From a virus, in the IMG/VR virus record IMGVR_UViG_3300025881_000010, positions 18,527-82,526 of that record: a stretch of DNA of 64,000 nt; one strand, given 5' to 3'. Position 1 is the first letter of the stretch. Each line of letters begins with the position of its first letter. Made by a program: the position numbers and the translations under genes. Of this stretch, positions 30,621 to 40,146 are shown in pieces. Under the pieces are notes generated by a model, which saw only the letters and a list, made by a program, of their open reading frames with translations, did not search any database and was not told the DNA's origin.

Positions 30621-32858
30621 TTAAGCTTTTTGAGGTGTCTTTTTTGTATCACTTCGATCTTTTTGTTCTAATTCAGCAGCTTTTACTCTTTCGGTTGTAG
30701 TAGCTTTCATACCTTCTGTGATAGCTTTATTGTTAGCATATGTATCAGCAATTCTTTCTTGAGAAGCATTTCTATCATCAGCAATTTGTTTTGTCTGTTC
30801 TAGTTTAGCTTGTTCGGTTTGAGCTTCTAATTTAGCTTGTTCCTCAGCAGCTTTTCTATTTGCTTCTTGCAATTCCATATAAGATTTCATGGTTCTTTTG
30901 AAAACCGCTTTTTTCTCTGAAGCTGTTTCAGCTTCGAGAACATCAATTAAACCTTCCATCATTTCAATAGCATTTGAAGATGATAAAGCTTGTTCTGCAG
31001 CGGCATCAATTCTTTGAGCTTTTTCTTTATCCTTACGGCTATCAGATAAATAAATACCTAAATCAGATTCAAAAAACTCTTTGTAAATCTTAATGAATTT
31101 AGCTTCTAAATCTCCAAAAGCCATTTGTAATACTTCTCCTTCAGAATAATCATGTTTAGATTTCATGATCACTCGCTCAATAAGCGTTTGCACAAATTCA
31201 TCAAAAGGAGTGAATACAACTTCTGTACGTGCAGCTGAACCCGCGATTGCGGCATTAGTTCCTCCGGCAGTTTGGTATTGTCCAACTTGACCTTCACGCT
31301 CTGGAGATATCCCTACAAACTTACTAGCCATATCTTCAATCATTGCCAAAGCAGTAAACATATCTTGCATAGTTCCTTTTGCAGATAAGTCAAGTGAATT
31401 GAATTGATTGAAAGTATTTTTTTGTTGAGCTCTATCTTTAGAGTTTATGAACATGATCTTATCTTTCTTGATGTGGTGCATTACTCTATCAAGTGCAGAA
31501 TCATATCCTTTTTTAGAAACATCTTTAGGAGTTTGAGCAACATCATATATTAAAATACGACTATCTCCCATGTGCTTTACAGCAAGTCTAATTTCGAAAA
31601 GAATTTCAGAAGCTAATTGTTGTAGTTGATACAATTTAGCAGCTGGTGATTTTATTTGAGAACTTCCAGTAGCAATATCTCTAACTAAAGAAACTACCGG
31701 TAATTTACAAATATATGGATTGTCAATAGAAGAGAAACGTTGTTTCATAATTCCAAAATCCAAGCATATTTCAGGACCTAACATTTGAACAAATCTTGGC
31801 ACTTCACCATAGATTTCTTTTATGTTATCGTTCTCTCTGGCTTTTTCATCTATACCTAGTTTCTTATAAAAAACTTTTTGAGTTTTTTTGCTTTCAGAAA
31901 CTTTGATAGAAACTTTTTTCTGAGATTTCCACATACCGCTAACCACTCTCATACGTGTAGTTTTGTTATCGGTATTTACCCAGCCATCATACTTCTTAGC
32001 GTTTTTTAAAGGCTCACTATTATTGGTATTATCTCCAGTAGTAAAAGCACTAAAGATAGCATTTACAGCATCTTTCTTTTTCTTATCTAATTTGAAAATA
32101 TTGAAAATCTCATTTTTCGTCAACCAATAGTTTTCGAAAAAATATTCATGATCATCTTGAATAGCTTGATAAGGATCTGTATCATGGTCAGCATCTAAAG
32201 GATGCACTTTTCTTGCAATAGTATGGCCTTTCATTTTATCAACTATTGCATGGCATTGATCAGCAATACAAAAGTCAGTGAACATTTCCGGTATTCTATT
32301 TTTACCTTTATTCACTTCAAGCCAAAGCTGTGCTAAATTATCAGCTACATCTTCAGCAATCATTTTGAACTTCTTAGTCATGAACTCTTCTACATCTGGA
32401 GGAAGCTCAACATCTTTGTGTTGAGTTTCAATCTCAAATCCAAGTTCTTCTTTAGTTTCTTGCGATACCCCACGCATTACTTCTTCAGTAAGAAGATCTA
32501 ATTTTTTATCTAACTTTTTTGAAATTGATTTTTTATCTATAACGTAAGCTTTTTTCCTAAGTGGTCGGCTCATGTATTCCCCAACAATTTGCTCGATCTT
32601 AGTTTGAATCAAAGGATAAACAATAAATTGAACTCCCAAATTAACTCCATTAGGACAAGTGATGGATTTTACAAGTCCTTCTTGTTCTGGAGATAGTTCA
32701 GCAAAGTAAGCTCGATAAAGCTTTTCAATTTCTTTTTTTCTATCATCTGCAGTTCCAGGATTAGAAAATCTAGCATACTCTATAGCATGCTTAATGTGAA
32801 ATTCCTCGTTCTTCTGATTTTCAGGAATTGTTTGGTCGGGGAGTGCAAAGTAACTCAT
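30621..32858 (-). CDS. Portal protein (745 aa)
   Basis: YPLIQTKIE.IVGE, FNQF.SLDLS and GISPEREGQ motifs, C-terminal coiled coil; adjacent to terminase. Confidence 0.9.
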   Translation of the reverse strand: MSYFALPDQTIPENQKNEEFHIKHAIEYARFSNPGTADDRKKEIEKLYRAYFAELSPEQEGLVKSITCPNGVNLGVQFIVYPLIQTKIEQIVGEYMSRPLRKKAYVIDKKSISKKLDKKLDLLTEEVMRGVSQETKEELGFEIETQHKDVELPPDVEEFMTKKFKMIAEDVADNLAQLWLEVNKGKNRIPEMFTDFCIADQCHAIVDKMKGHTIARKVHPLDADHDTDPYQAIQDDHEYFFENYWLTKNEIFNIFKLDKKKKDAVNAIFSAFTTGDNTNNSEPLKNAKKYDGWVNTDNKTTRMRVVSGMWKSQKKVSIKVSESKKTQKVFYKKLGIDEKARENDNIKEIYGEVPRFVQMLGPEICLDFGIMKQRFSSIDNPYICKLPVVSLVRDIATGSSQIKSPAAKLYQLQQLASEILFEIRLAVKHMGDSRILIYDVAQTPKDVSKKGYDSALDRVMHHIKKDKIMFINSKDRAQQKNTFNQFNSLDLSAKGTMQDMFTALAMIEDMASKFVGISPEREGQVGQYQTAGGTNAAIAGSAARTEVVFTPFDEFVQTLIERVIMKSKHDYSEGEVLQMAFGDLEAKFIKIYKEFFESDLGIYLSDSRKDKEKAQRIDAAAEQALSSSNAIEMMEGLIDVLEAETASEKKAVFKRTMKSYMELQEANRKAAEEQAKLEAQTEQAKLEQTKQIADDRNASQERIADTYANNKAITEGMKATTTERVKAAELEQKDRSDTKKTPQKA

Positions 32859-32882
32859 TGGGGATATTTTAAGATAAAAATA

Positions 32883-35090
32883 TTAATTATTATTTATTTT
32901 CTTATGATGTTCGTTCAAAATGAATGACATAGGATCATGACCGTATTTGTCAAGTATATCTTGTCGCTCTTTCTCAATGTATCTTTGATTCTCTACAATA
33001 GTACTTTCATACTTTTCTTTTTCATATCCTTCAAGATCATATTCTGGTTTGAATTGAATTAAATCTTCATCGTAAGAATAAGGATCTTTCTTGTTTGTTA
33101 ATTGTCCAAAGGTTTGATATTCGTATTGTCCGTTTTCATTTACAACCCAAGTTCCTGCACCATCTAATTCAGAAACATCATTATGGTCTTCTTCTATACC
33201 ATCGGTAAGATCTCCGAAAATACTCATTTTATAAATCATTGCCATTGCAAAAGCAGAACCTAAATCTGAGTTTTCTTCTCCGAAGTCAATAAGATGCAAC
33301 AATATTTCTTCAAACCAGATATTATTCCAGAAATTATTAACCTCAGCTTTTAAAAGCTTCGCAGATAATTTCCATGAATGCTGATTGGACATTTTAAATC
33401 CATATGTATTCGCAGCATTAGAACTATAACCATCTATATCAGGTCTTCCGGCAAGATGCTTAGTACCACCACAATCAATGAAATGTTGCTTGATAGCAAT
33501 CTTAGTATATTCCAGTAGCATTTCTGAACCATAATATACCGTTAGTCTGAATGTTTGAGAATAGAAGACATCATCTTCATCTGAAGTTCCACGATCTAGT
33601 ATATACGCGATAGGGAGATTGCAAACTTTATTTATACTGTAGAAACAGCGATACACAATCGTTGCACCTTCAGAACCAGTACCTTCTTTTACTTCATCAT
33701 CATAACTATCACAAGCAACTAAGTCAGGACAGTAAGGAAGATTTTTGGAATCAATAGGATCCATAATCTTCTTAACAGTACCAAATTCTTTATCATCTAC
33801 AAAAACAGCTTTAGAACCTCTAGTGAAATGTATCTTGTCATATTCTTTCAAGTTTTTGGCTCTGGCCGCAAGCTTTTCAGTTATAGGATCATTAGTCTTC
33901 CACTCAATTCTACCTGTCTTAATTTCGTAAGGGCAGTTATCAAGATTTGCTAATTGAGCATTAAGTTTTTGGCGATTTAAATAACCACCTGAATTCTTAA
34001 TGAAAATATCAGCTTCTTTAAGTGGGTATGATTGAATATGTTTTACATAACCTTCAGAACCTTCTTTTTCTAAACGCTCTTTAATGATGTGCTCATGAGC
34101 AGCTTTAGAATTTGTTCTACCTGTACGGAAATCAAAGAATGATATTTTTTCTCCTGTTTCTTCATCAGGAATTCCATCTCCAGGATAGTAATCAGTAGCA
34201 GAAACAAAAACTTTTTTAAGGTTGTAAGTTTCTTTACGGCTATGCCACATGCTCTTATATCCTTTAGAACCTTTATCAATTTCTCCACCGGTACCATATA
34301 CAAGTGGTGTTCCAAATTGAATAGATCCTTCTTTGAAACATGGTTCGGTAGATTTGTATGCAGCAATTAAATCTTCGAAAAGTCCAGCTTCTTCAAAGAT
34401 TACCATAGAAAGCGATTTACCCTCAAAACCTGTTGGTTTTGCGTACATCGTTTTCATGTACATACTGGATTTTAAACCACCTTCTTTTTTCTGTTTGTTC
34501 TCTGTGTATTGGTAAGATAATCTGATTTCATCAGCATTACGAACACTGATACTGGACCTGTATTCAGGTCTAATATTGTCAAGTAGATATTGCACTTTCT
34601 CATAGAAATCTTGTGCTTTATCATCTTGTCCGGCAGCTACTCCAATTTTGTTTCCTTTGTAGAATAATAATTCATAAGCTGAAGAAGTAGAACCTACCCA
34701 CGATAAACCTACTCGACGTGGTTTACCAATAACAAGTCCATAATGACCTCTTTTAGCTTGATGTATTTCATCGAATAATCTCCTATCTAATTCTCTGTAG
34801 AATGGAGAACCCATGCTTTTTCTTGTTGCTCCTGGTTCCAGAAGCTCAATGTTACACATGTTTAGGTAAAAGTAATGTTCACCTGTGATTGAAGGCATGT
34901 AAGCTCTAGGCTTATAACCATTGATACAACGGTTATCTTGTTCATCCCAAAAATCATCATATGCGATAGTTCCCGGATTATAGTCAGGAATTTCTTCCTC
35001 TATAAGCGGACGATAGTATGTACTATCAAAACGATCCCAATTGATATTTACTTCCATAAGTAGGTTATTAAAAAAGGCACCGGTATTCAT
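32883..35090 (-). CDS. terL: Terminase large subunit (735 aa)
   Basis: Walker A KPRRVGLS, Walker B VIFEEAG, GTGG motif, nuclease-domain CDSYD; no intein or intron seen. Confidence 0.92.
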   Translation of the reverse strand: MNTGAFFNNLLMEVNINWDRFDSTYYRPLIEEEIPDYNPGTIAYDDFWDEQDNRCINGYKPRAYMPSITGEHYFYLNMCNIELLEPGATRKSMGSPFYRELDRRLFDEIHQAKRGHYGLVIGKPRRVGLSWVGSTSSAYELLFYKGNKIGVAAGQDDKAQDFYEKVQYLLDNIRPEYRSSISVRNADEIRLSYQYTENKQKKEGGLKSSMYMKTMYAKPTGFEGKSLSMVIFEEAGLFEDLIAAYKSTEPCFKEGSIQFGTPLVYGTGGEIDKGSKGYKSMWHSRKETYNLKKVFVSATDYYPGDGIPDEETGEKISFFDFRTGRTNSKAAHEHIIKERLEKEGSEGYVKHIQSYPLKEADIFIKNSGGYLNRQKLNAQLANLDNCPYEIKTGRIEWKTNDPITEKLAARAKNLKEYDKIHFTRGSKAVFVDDKEFGTVKKIMDPIDSKNLPYCPDLVACDSYDDEVKEGTGSEGATIVYRCFYSINKVCNLPIAYILDRGTSDEDDVFYSQTFRLTVYYGSEMLLEYTKIAIKQHFIDCGGTKHLAGRPDIDGYSSNAANTYGFKMSNQHSWKLSAKLLKAEVNNFWNNIWFEEILLHLIDFGEENSDLGSAFAMAMIYKMSIFGDLTDGIEEDHNDVSELDGAGTWVVNENGQYEYQTFGQLTNKKDPYSYDEDLIQFKPEYDLEGYEKEKYESTIVENQRYIEKERQDILDKYGHDPMSFILNEHHKKINNN

Positions 35091-35136
35091 TTCTGAATAT
35101 TCGATACCTTTTCATGGAAACAGAAGATTTGTTAAG

Positions 35137-35742
35137 CTACCTTTTATCTTGATAAAAAGTATTCTTCTTTTTTTCTGCTTTTTGTTCTAGTCTTGAAAGT
35201 TTGTACCCACCACGCGATGGCGAATTCTCGTAAACATCATTTCCTTGGATATACTCATTGTACTTTTTCAAATCTTCGTTAATCTTACGAAGTCGAATAG
35301 ATATCTTCTCCGGATTCTCGAAAATCATTTTTTCTCCATCTGAATTTTGTCGATTATGGGGCTTACCAAAATAACGTTCAGATTCTTTAAGATCTTCTAA
35401 AGCTGTGAGTTTTCTTTGGAAATGAATTTTACCTTCTTCTACAGTTAAATCAAATTGAAGTTCATCATACTTGATCAAAGCTGCTTGAATTTTTTCAAGG
35501 TTCCAATTAAAGGCACTTCTATCACCAATTACTTCTTCCATTGCTTTTTTTGGACGATCTGCATCGGAATAAAAACGTAAAGGAGATTTGTAATCTGCGG
35601 TGAGAGCAATTGCTGTAAAACATTTAAGACCTAATTCCTCGTCATAGATTACTTCACGGAATTCCTTGATGGATAATACTCCATCATCTTCTTCGGAAAG
35701 TTTTATCAATCCGGTTTTCGTGTCTATTGGGGTTAGATACAT
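35137..35742 (-). CDS. Putative terminase small subunit / conserved gene upstream of terL
   Basis: Position; DYKSP motif; helical C-terminus. Confidence 0.5.
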   Translation of the reverse strand: MYLTPIDTKTGLIKLSEEDDGVLSIKEFREVIYDEELGLKCFTAIALTADYKSPLRFYSDADRPKKAMEEVIGDRSAFNWNLEKIQAALIKYDELQFDLTVEEGKIHFQRKLTALEDLKESERYFGKPHNRQNSDGEKMIFENPEKISIRLRKINEDLKKYNEYIQGNDVYENSPSRGGYKLSRLEQKAEKKKNTFYQDKR

Positions 35743-35749
35743 ATGTTAA

Positions 35750-35757
35750 CAAATGTA
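35750..35757 (-). promoter_or_regulatory. -7 promoter (TACATTTG) for the packaging operon
   Basis: TAnnTTTG 7 nt before ATG 35742. Confidence 0.6.
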
Positions 35758-35758
35758 T

Positions 35759-35791
35759 AAAAAAAAGAGGATGCAATTGCACCCTCTTTTT
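35759..35791. terminator. Intrinsic terminator, possibly bidirectional
   Basis: A-run-GAGG..TGCAATTGCA..CCTC-T-run hairpin. Confidence 0.75.
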
Positions 35792-35793
35792 AA

Positions 35794-36111
35794 TTAGTGA
35801 TATTTTTCGTTTTCAAGGTAAGCTTTAATCTTCCGTTCCATGGTTCGCCTTGCTGAAAACAAGTGATAACGATTGTTCATTATCTTGTAAATATCCTCTG
35901 GCTTTTTCTGAGGATATACCTTGCGTAGAAACTCACTAAGAAATCCGGTTTTATATACAGCCTTCTCCGTATTTGTCTTGAATTTTTCAGGTACGAAAAA
36001 AGATAATTTTGAAGAAGACTCCGCTTTCTGTAGGTCCTCCAGTTCGAAGTCTCGATAATCTAAAACTTCGGAAGGATTCTCTATCATAGCGCCATCTTCA
36101 TAAACTATCAT
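35794..36111 (-). CDS. Hypothetical protein (105 aa)
   Basis: ORF coupled by an ATGA overlap. Confidence 0.6.
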   Translation of the reverse strand: MIVYEDGAMIENPSEVLDYRDFELEDLQKAESSSKLSFFVPEKFKTNTEKAVYKTGFLSEFLRKVYPQKKPEDIYKIMNNRYHLFSARRTMERKIKAYLENEKYH

Positions 36112-36497
36112 TTTTTCACTCTGGCTTTAGTATTCATTGTACGTACTGCACTTTTTGGCTTTTCTTCAGGTTTCAATTTTTGAAATCTTGCAACTTCTTG
36201 ATTGTGCTTTTCATGAAGTATATCAACATACCTACTTGTTGTAGCATCTGGAAAATCTCGGGCAATTCTTCGCATTAATTCATCATCAACTGACTTGATT
36301 ATTTTATTATTCCTGTCAATTTTTTTCTGAAGAATTTCTTCTTGCTCTTTTAAGAATTCATCTGAAACGATTTTCTTTTCAGCTTGTTGCCCTTCAATTC
36401 TATTGTGGTAGGTGTACATTTCTCTACTAGCCATAGCCACCATAGACTGAGCTGTGATTAAGTATTGAGTTGATAGTTTGGATAAATCTTTTCCCAT
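36108..36497 (-). CDS. Hypothetical coiled-coil protein (129 aa)
   Basis: ORF in a tightly packed operon. Confidence 0.6.
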   Translation of the reverse strand: MGKDLSKLSTQYLITAQSMVAMASREMYTYHNRIEGQQAEKKIVSDEFLKEQEEILQKKIDRNNKIIKSVDDELMRRIARDFPDATTSRYVDILHEKHNQEVARFQKLKPEEKPKSAVRTMNTKARVKK

Positions 36498-36498
36498 A

Positions 36499-36750
36499 TT
36501 ATACTTTGTTACATTTTAGGTTTTTTTTATTCTTTATGTGATTACTAAAATAACCACCTACACTCGGAGAGTCCGCTAACTTGTCGTAATCTTTTCGCTC
36601 TAATGGAGCATAAGCATAGACAGTATCATTCGTTTTGAAATGAACGTAAAGTGTTTTCTTTTCAGGATAATAAGCGATCTCTTGAATAAGACCGCTATTT
36701 TTCACTTTAGTTCTAGGCCATGATGGATTAATTGGTAATATGTGATCCAT
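36499..36750 (-). CDS. KTSC domain protein
   Basis: S.LI.EIAY.....L.V.F...VYAY...S.S.G.YF...IK is the KTSC pattern. Confidence 0.85.
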   Translation of the reverse strand: MDHILPINPSWPRTKVKNSGLIQEIAYYPEKKTLYVHFKTNDTVYAYAPLERKDYDKLADSPSVGGYFSNHIKNKKNLKCNKV

Positions 36751-37073
36751 TATGATTCTATTTTAAATTCTTCCCAGTCTTCAGCCATGATATCAGTTTG
36801 ACTTGCTAACCATCCGTTTACGATAGTATCATCAGCTGCTTTCATACAGATGTATGAAGTTACTTTTACAAATTCAAAAACTTCTTTACGCCCAAGATGT
36901 TTTCTATCATAATATCTTTTCACTTCATCAGGAATTGATACTGCATTAAAAAATACATGTGCTGGAAGTTTATCTTCAGGACGTGAAAAAAGAAACATAT
37001 CTTTTCCGTTCCAACCTTTACGAGTTACGAGCTTTCCTTCTTTAAGTAGCTCTATTGCTTGTCCAAAATTCAT
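36750..37073 (-). CDS. DUF2829 / Thoeris anti-defence 2 (Tad2)-like nucleotide-sponge protein
   Basis: MNFGQAIE.LK.G..V.R.GWNGK.MF ... W.ASQTD..AEDW signature. Confidence 0.85.
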   Translation of the reverse strand: MNFGQAIELLKEGKLVTRKGWNGKDMFLFSRPEDKLPAHVFFNAVSIPDEVKRYYDRKHLGRKEVFEFVKVTSYICMKAADDTIVNGWLASQTDIMAEDWEEFKIES

Positions 37074-37074
37074 A

Positions 37075-38727
37075 TTAATATTGTTGAGGTTTGTAGATAT
37101 CTGGATCTACGATTACTGATTCCGTTGTTAATATCATTCCCATAATTGAGACAGCGCTTTCTAAAGCTACACGAGTAACTTTCTTTGGGTCCATAATTCC
37201 AGCTTTGATCATATCATCTACATACTTGATCTCACGAGCATCAAATCCCATATTGAAATTCGATTCCATTTCCTGAATTCTTTCAATAGGAATATTATAT
37301 CCTACATTTTCTACAATTTGTTCAAATGGTTTTCTTATTGCTTTAAGTAATACCTCAGCGCCTTTCTTACGATCTTCGTTATTACTAATGCTTCCAATAT
37401 TCATTTGACTTAAACTAAGAAGTGCAGTACCACCACCCGGGATAACACCTTCTTCGTATGCCGCTTTAATTGCATAAAGCGCATCCGTTACACGAGCTTG
37501 CTTCTCTAATAATTCTGTATCACTAAGACCTCCAATATGAATAAATGATAAACCTTCAGTCAATCTAGAAATTCTAGAATTGATTATTGATTTTTGATAT
37601 CCATCAAGATTTTTAGTTTTCAATTTATCGCGAAGTTCTGAAGCTCTCTTTTCAGTATGAGCATCAATTTTTTCATACTCTTCATCTTTAAGACCAATCG
37701 GCCCTTTAAGAGAACTTGTATGTTGACCGATAGTGATCTCTTCAGATTGTGGTAAATAATCTAAAATGTTTTCATTGTCCAAAGAATAGAAATCTAATCC
37801 TTCATCAGTGAAAATTTCTTTTCCCATTACAATTGAAAGATCATTAAGAATATCAATCTTATCATTTCCGAAACCAGGAACACGACAAACACAAATTTTG
37901 AAATTCTTTTTGACTTTATTCTCAGCCATAATATTCAAAACAAATTCGTCGATATCTTCACAAATGATCAATAACGATTTATCACCTTCATGAATCTGAG
38001 TAAGCAAGATATCTAAATTGTCATAAGGCTCAATGTTCGTAATCTTTTTATCTGTAATGTAGATATACGGATTTTCAAGAACACAAACTTCTTCTTCTTT
38101 TCTGTTCATGAATACTCTGGACTTATAACCCATAGGTAAAGTCAATCCATCTACAGTACTTAAAAAAGTTTTCTCAGTATGAGATCTTTTGATATTTACA
38201 ATTCCCTGTTTTCCGGAAGTCTTGAAAGCATCAAAAACTACATTTGCAATTTCTTCATCATTGTTAGAAGATATCAAGGCAACTTGTTTTAGAATTTTAT
38301 TATTCTCTTTGTTGTCCTCGGTAACATCTTTAGATAATTTTGCCAATTGATCAACAATCAATCTTGCCATATCATCCATTCCTCTTTTCATTTCTAAGAG
38401 GTTTGTATCTGGAGCTTGCTTTAATCCTTCAATAAGAATAGCTTCTCCAATAACCGTAGCGGTAGTGGTACCATCTCCAGCTTTACTATCAGAACTATTT
38501 GCAATATCCTGGATTGATTCAATAGCAATCATTTCAAAAGGATCTTCAGAAGCCATGTGTCCAGCAACGGTAACACCATCTTTTGTTGAGAATGGTCTTT
38601 CATCCTTATTTCTAATTAGCACATTTCGTCCACTTGGACCTAATGTCGCTTTAACTGCTTTCGCAATTGAAGAAACCCCGGAAGCTAATTTCTTCCGGGC
38701 ATCTTCACCATATAGTACTTTATTCAT
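37075..38727 (-). CDS. groEL: Phage-encoded chaperonin GroEL (550 aa)
   Basis: TLGP.GRNV, TKDGVTVA, AGDGTTTATV, RV.DAL.A, G.IPGGG and DP.KV.R.ALE.A.S motifs; no GGM tail. Confidence 0.95.
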   Translation of the reverse strand: MNKVLYGEDARKKLASGVSSIAKAVKATLGPSGRNVLIRNKDERPFSTKDGVTVAGHMASEDPFEMIAIESIQDIANSSDSKAGDGTTTATVIGEAILIEGLKQAPDTNLLEMKRGMDDMARLIVDQLAKLSKDVTEDNKENNKILKQVALISSNNDEEIANVVFDAFKTSGKQGIVNIKRSHTEKTFLSTVDGLTLPMGYKSRVFMNRKEEEVCVLENPYIYITDKKITNIEPYDNLDILLTQIHEGDKSLLIICEDIDEFVLNIMAENKVKKNFKICVCRVPGFGNDKIDILNDLSIVMGKEIFTDEGLDFYSLDNENILDYLPQSEEITIGQHTSSLKGPIGLKDEEYEKIDAHTEKRASELRDKLKTKNLDGYQKSIINSRISRLTEGLSFIHIGGLSDTELLEKQARVTDALYAIKAAYEEGVIPGGGTALLSLSQMNIGSISNNEDRKKGAEVLLKAIRKPFEQIVENVGYNIPIERIQEMESNFNMGFDAREIKYVDDMIKAGIMDPKKVTRVALESAVSIMGMILTTESVIVDPDIYKPQQY

Positions 38728-38733
38728 AAATAA

Positions 38734-39705
38734 TTAATCTTTTCTTATTTCTGATAACACTCTTCCTAACTCAAATTTAGCTTCACACGTATAATTGTAA
38801 GCATTTGTTCTAGCAATAGAAGCTTCTCTTGAAACGTCAAAAGTTTCAATACCTTTCAACCACTCTGCAACTTCTTCATAATCATCACGAAGTTGATTCA
38901 CAGCCACTAATACATCAAGCAATCCAAATTGATTCAACTCTGCATAGTTCTCACGCTCTTCGTAAACATCTGCAGTTTTTGGAATCTCACGTAAGTTGGT
39001 AGCTTTCTTGTATGGATTAGCTGCACCAAATTCTGCAAGTAATTTTCCTAACCAAGCTTTAGCATAGAATGTTTTCTCAGTAACATCATCACTAACTCTA
39101 AAATGCTTCTTAGCCATTTTAGATAGCTTATCCAATTTCTTACGATAGTCTTTTATCTCTAAAATCATATCATCATTACTCTTACCCTCTTCACTACTTT
39201 CACCATTCCCCTGTTCAGTATTGAGTTCTTCAAGTCTAGCGTCAATAATTGCAAAAGCACCTTTTCGGTGATCATCTCTGAATTCGATTTTTCGTAGTTC
39301 TTCTAAAGCATCTCTACTATCAATTTTAGCAACTTCATCTGCAAATTCTGGAAGATATTCATCTTGAATATCTTCTAAATTATTTTTACTTTCAATTGGG
39401 ACCGCCGGAGTTTCATTCGTATCTGTAGGAGTAGGAAGATCTCTTGGGGCTGGAGGTGTTTGAGTGTTGTTGTCTACAGGAGTGGTTCCTTTATCTTCAG
39501 TAGTAGAACCAGCTTCATTATTTTGAACTTCTATAAGTTCTAATCGCTTAGTTTCAATTGCAGCTAAAACCGTTTTTCTTGGTTTTTCCTGATTAGATTC
39601 AAGTGTAAAAATTTGACTTAAAAATTGTAAGCTTGTAACATCAGCTACTTTCGCTATGAAATCTGTAGCATTTAATCCTTCAAAATCTTTTGTTGTCATA
39701 ATCAT
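38734..39705 (-). CDS. Multidomain protein: two RK..L.AI..R repeats plus two tandem Acb2/Tad1-hairpin-like units
   Basis: Internal repeats are visible; SREASIA.T...EAK..LG and AKAWLG...NPY motifs. The family call is inference. Confidence 0.5.
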   Translation of the reverse strand: MIMTTKDFEGLNATDFIAKVADVTSLQFLSQIFTLESNQEKPRKTVLAAIETKRLELIEVQNNEAGSTTEDKGTTPVDNNTQTPPAPRDLPTPTDTNETPAVPIESKNNLEDIQDEYLPEFADEVAKIDSRDALEELRKIEFRDDHRKGAFAIIDARLEELNTEQGNGESSEEGKSNDDMILEIKDYRKKLDKLSKMAKKHFRVSDDVTEKTFYAKAWLGKLLAEFGAANPYKKATNLREIPKTADVYEERENYAELNQFGLLDVLVAVNQLRDDYEEVAEWLKGIETFDVSREASIARTNAYNYTCEAKFELGRVLSEIRKD

Positions 39706-39718
39706 TAAATTAAATTAG

Positions 39719-39985
39719 TTATTGTTTCGGTTCAATCGTCAACCAACCACCATCCGGTAACAACTTCAGGTTTTCAGTTTTTTTAATAATAATATCATCT
39801 GCAAGAACCTCATTGTAGATAATAATTTTTCCTACAAATTTTGGATCAAGATCCTTCCCAACTTTTAAAATTTCTGCAGCAGTTAATAAAACTCGATTAG
39901 ATGCAAAATTGCTTTTAAAATAATCTGAAATAGGTTTGATCAAAAATTTTTTGGAAGGAATTTCAATGTCATTGTAGTCTTTCAT
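39719..39985 (-). CDS. GroES-like co-chaperonin (88 aa, divergent)
   Basis: K.LIKP ... AEIL.VG ... VG.III(Y) beta-barrel pattern; two genes upstream of groEL. Confidence 0.65.
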   Translation of the reverse strand: MKDYNDIEIPSKKFLIKPISDYFKSNFASNRVLLTAAEILKVGKDLDPKFVGKIIIYNEVLADDIIIKKTENLKLLPDGGWLTIEPKQ

Positions 39986-40000
39986 GTATATATAAATAAC

Positions 40001-40027
40001 GTAAACCCGCTGATAGTGCGGGTTTAC
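40001..40027. terminator. Perfect 10-bp hairpin upstream of the groES-like gene (terminator or attenuator)
   Basis: GTAAACCCGC-N7-GCGGGTTTAC; weak U-tract on the minus strand. Confidence 0.6.
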
Positions 40028-40083
40028 AGGTGATTAATAAAATAAGTTAATAAATAATTATGTGGGGGGTAGCATGTAGTCAT
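40024..40083 (-). other. Micro-ORF MTTCYPPHNYLLTYFINHL (19 aa) / short RNA
   Basis: Between the promoter at 40109 and the hairpin; the stop codon lies in the hairpin 5' arm. Confidence 0.4.
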
Positions 40084-40108
40084 AGATTATTATCGCTTTA
40101 TGGGATTG

Positions 40109-40139
40109 CTAATCTAGTCAAAACGTCAAAATGGCGCAA
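40109..40139 (-). promoter_or_regulatory. Promoter (TTG-N20-TAGATTAG) containing operator ACGTCA-AAA-TGGCGC (40123-40137)
   Basis: Near-consensus -33/-7 elements with a palindrome between them. Confidence 0.55.
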
Positions 40140-40146
40140 GTATTAT

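Noticed and set aside
32883-35090. Intein or group I intron in terL (also checked dnaB)
   Set aside because: Normal lengths, continuous motifs, no splice-junction or homing-endonuclease signatures
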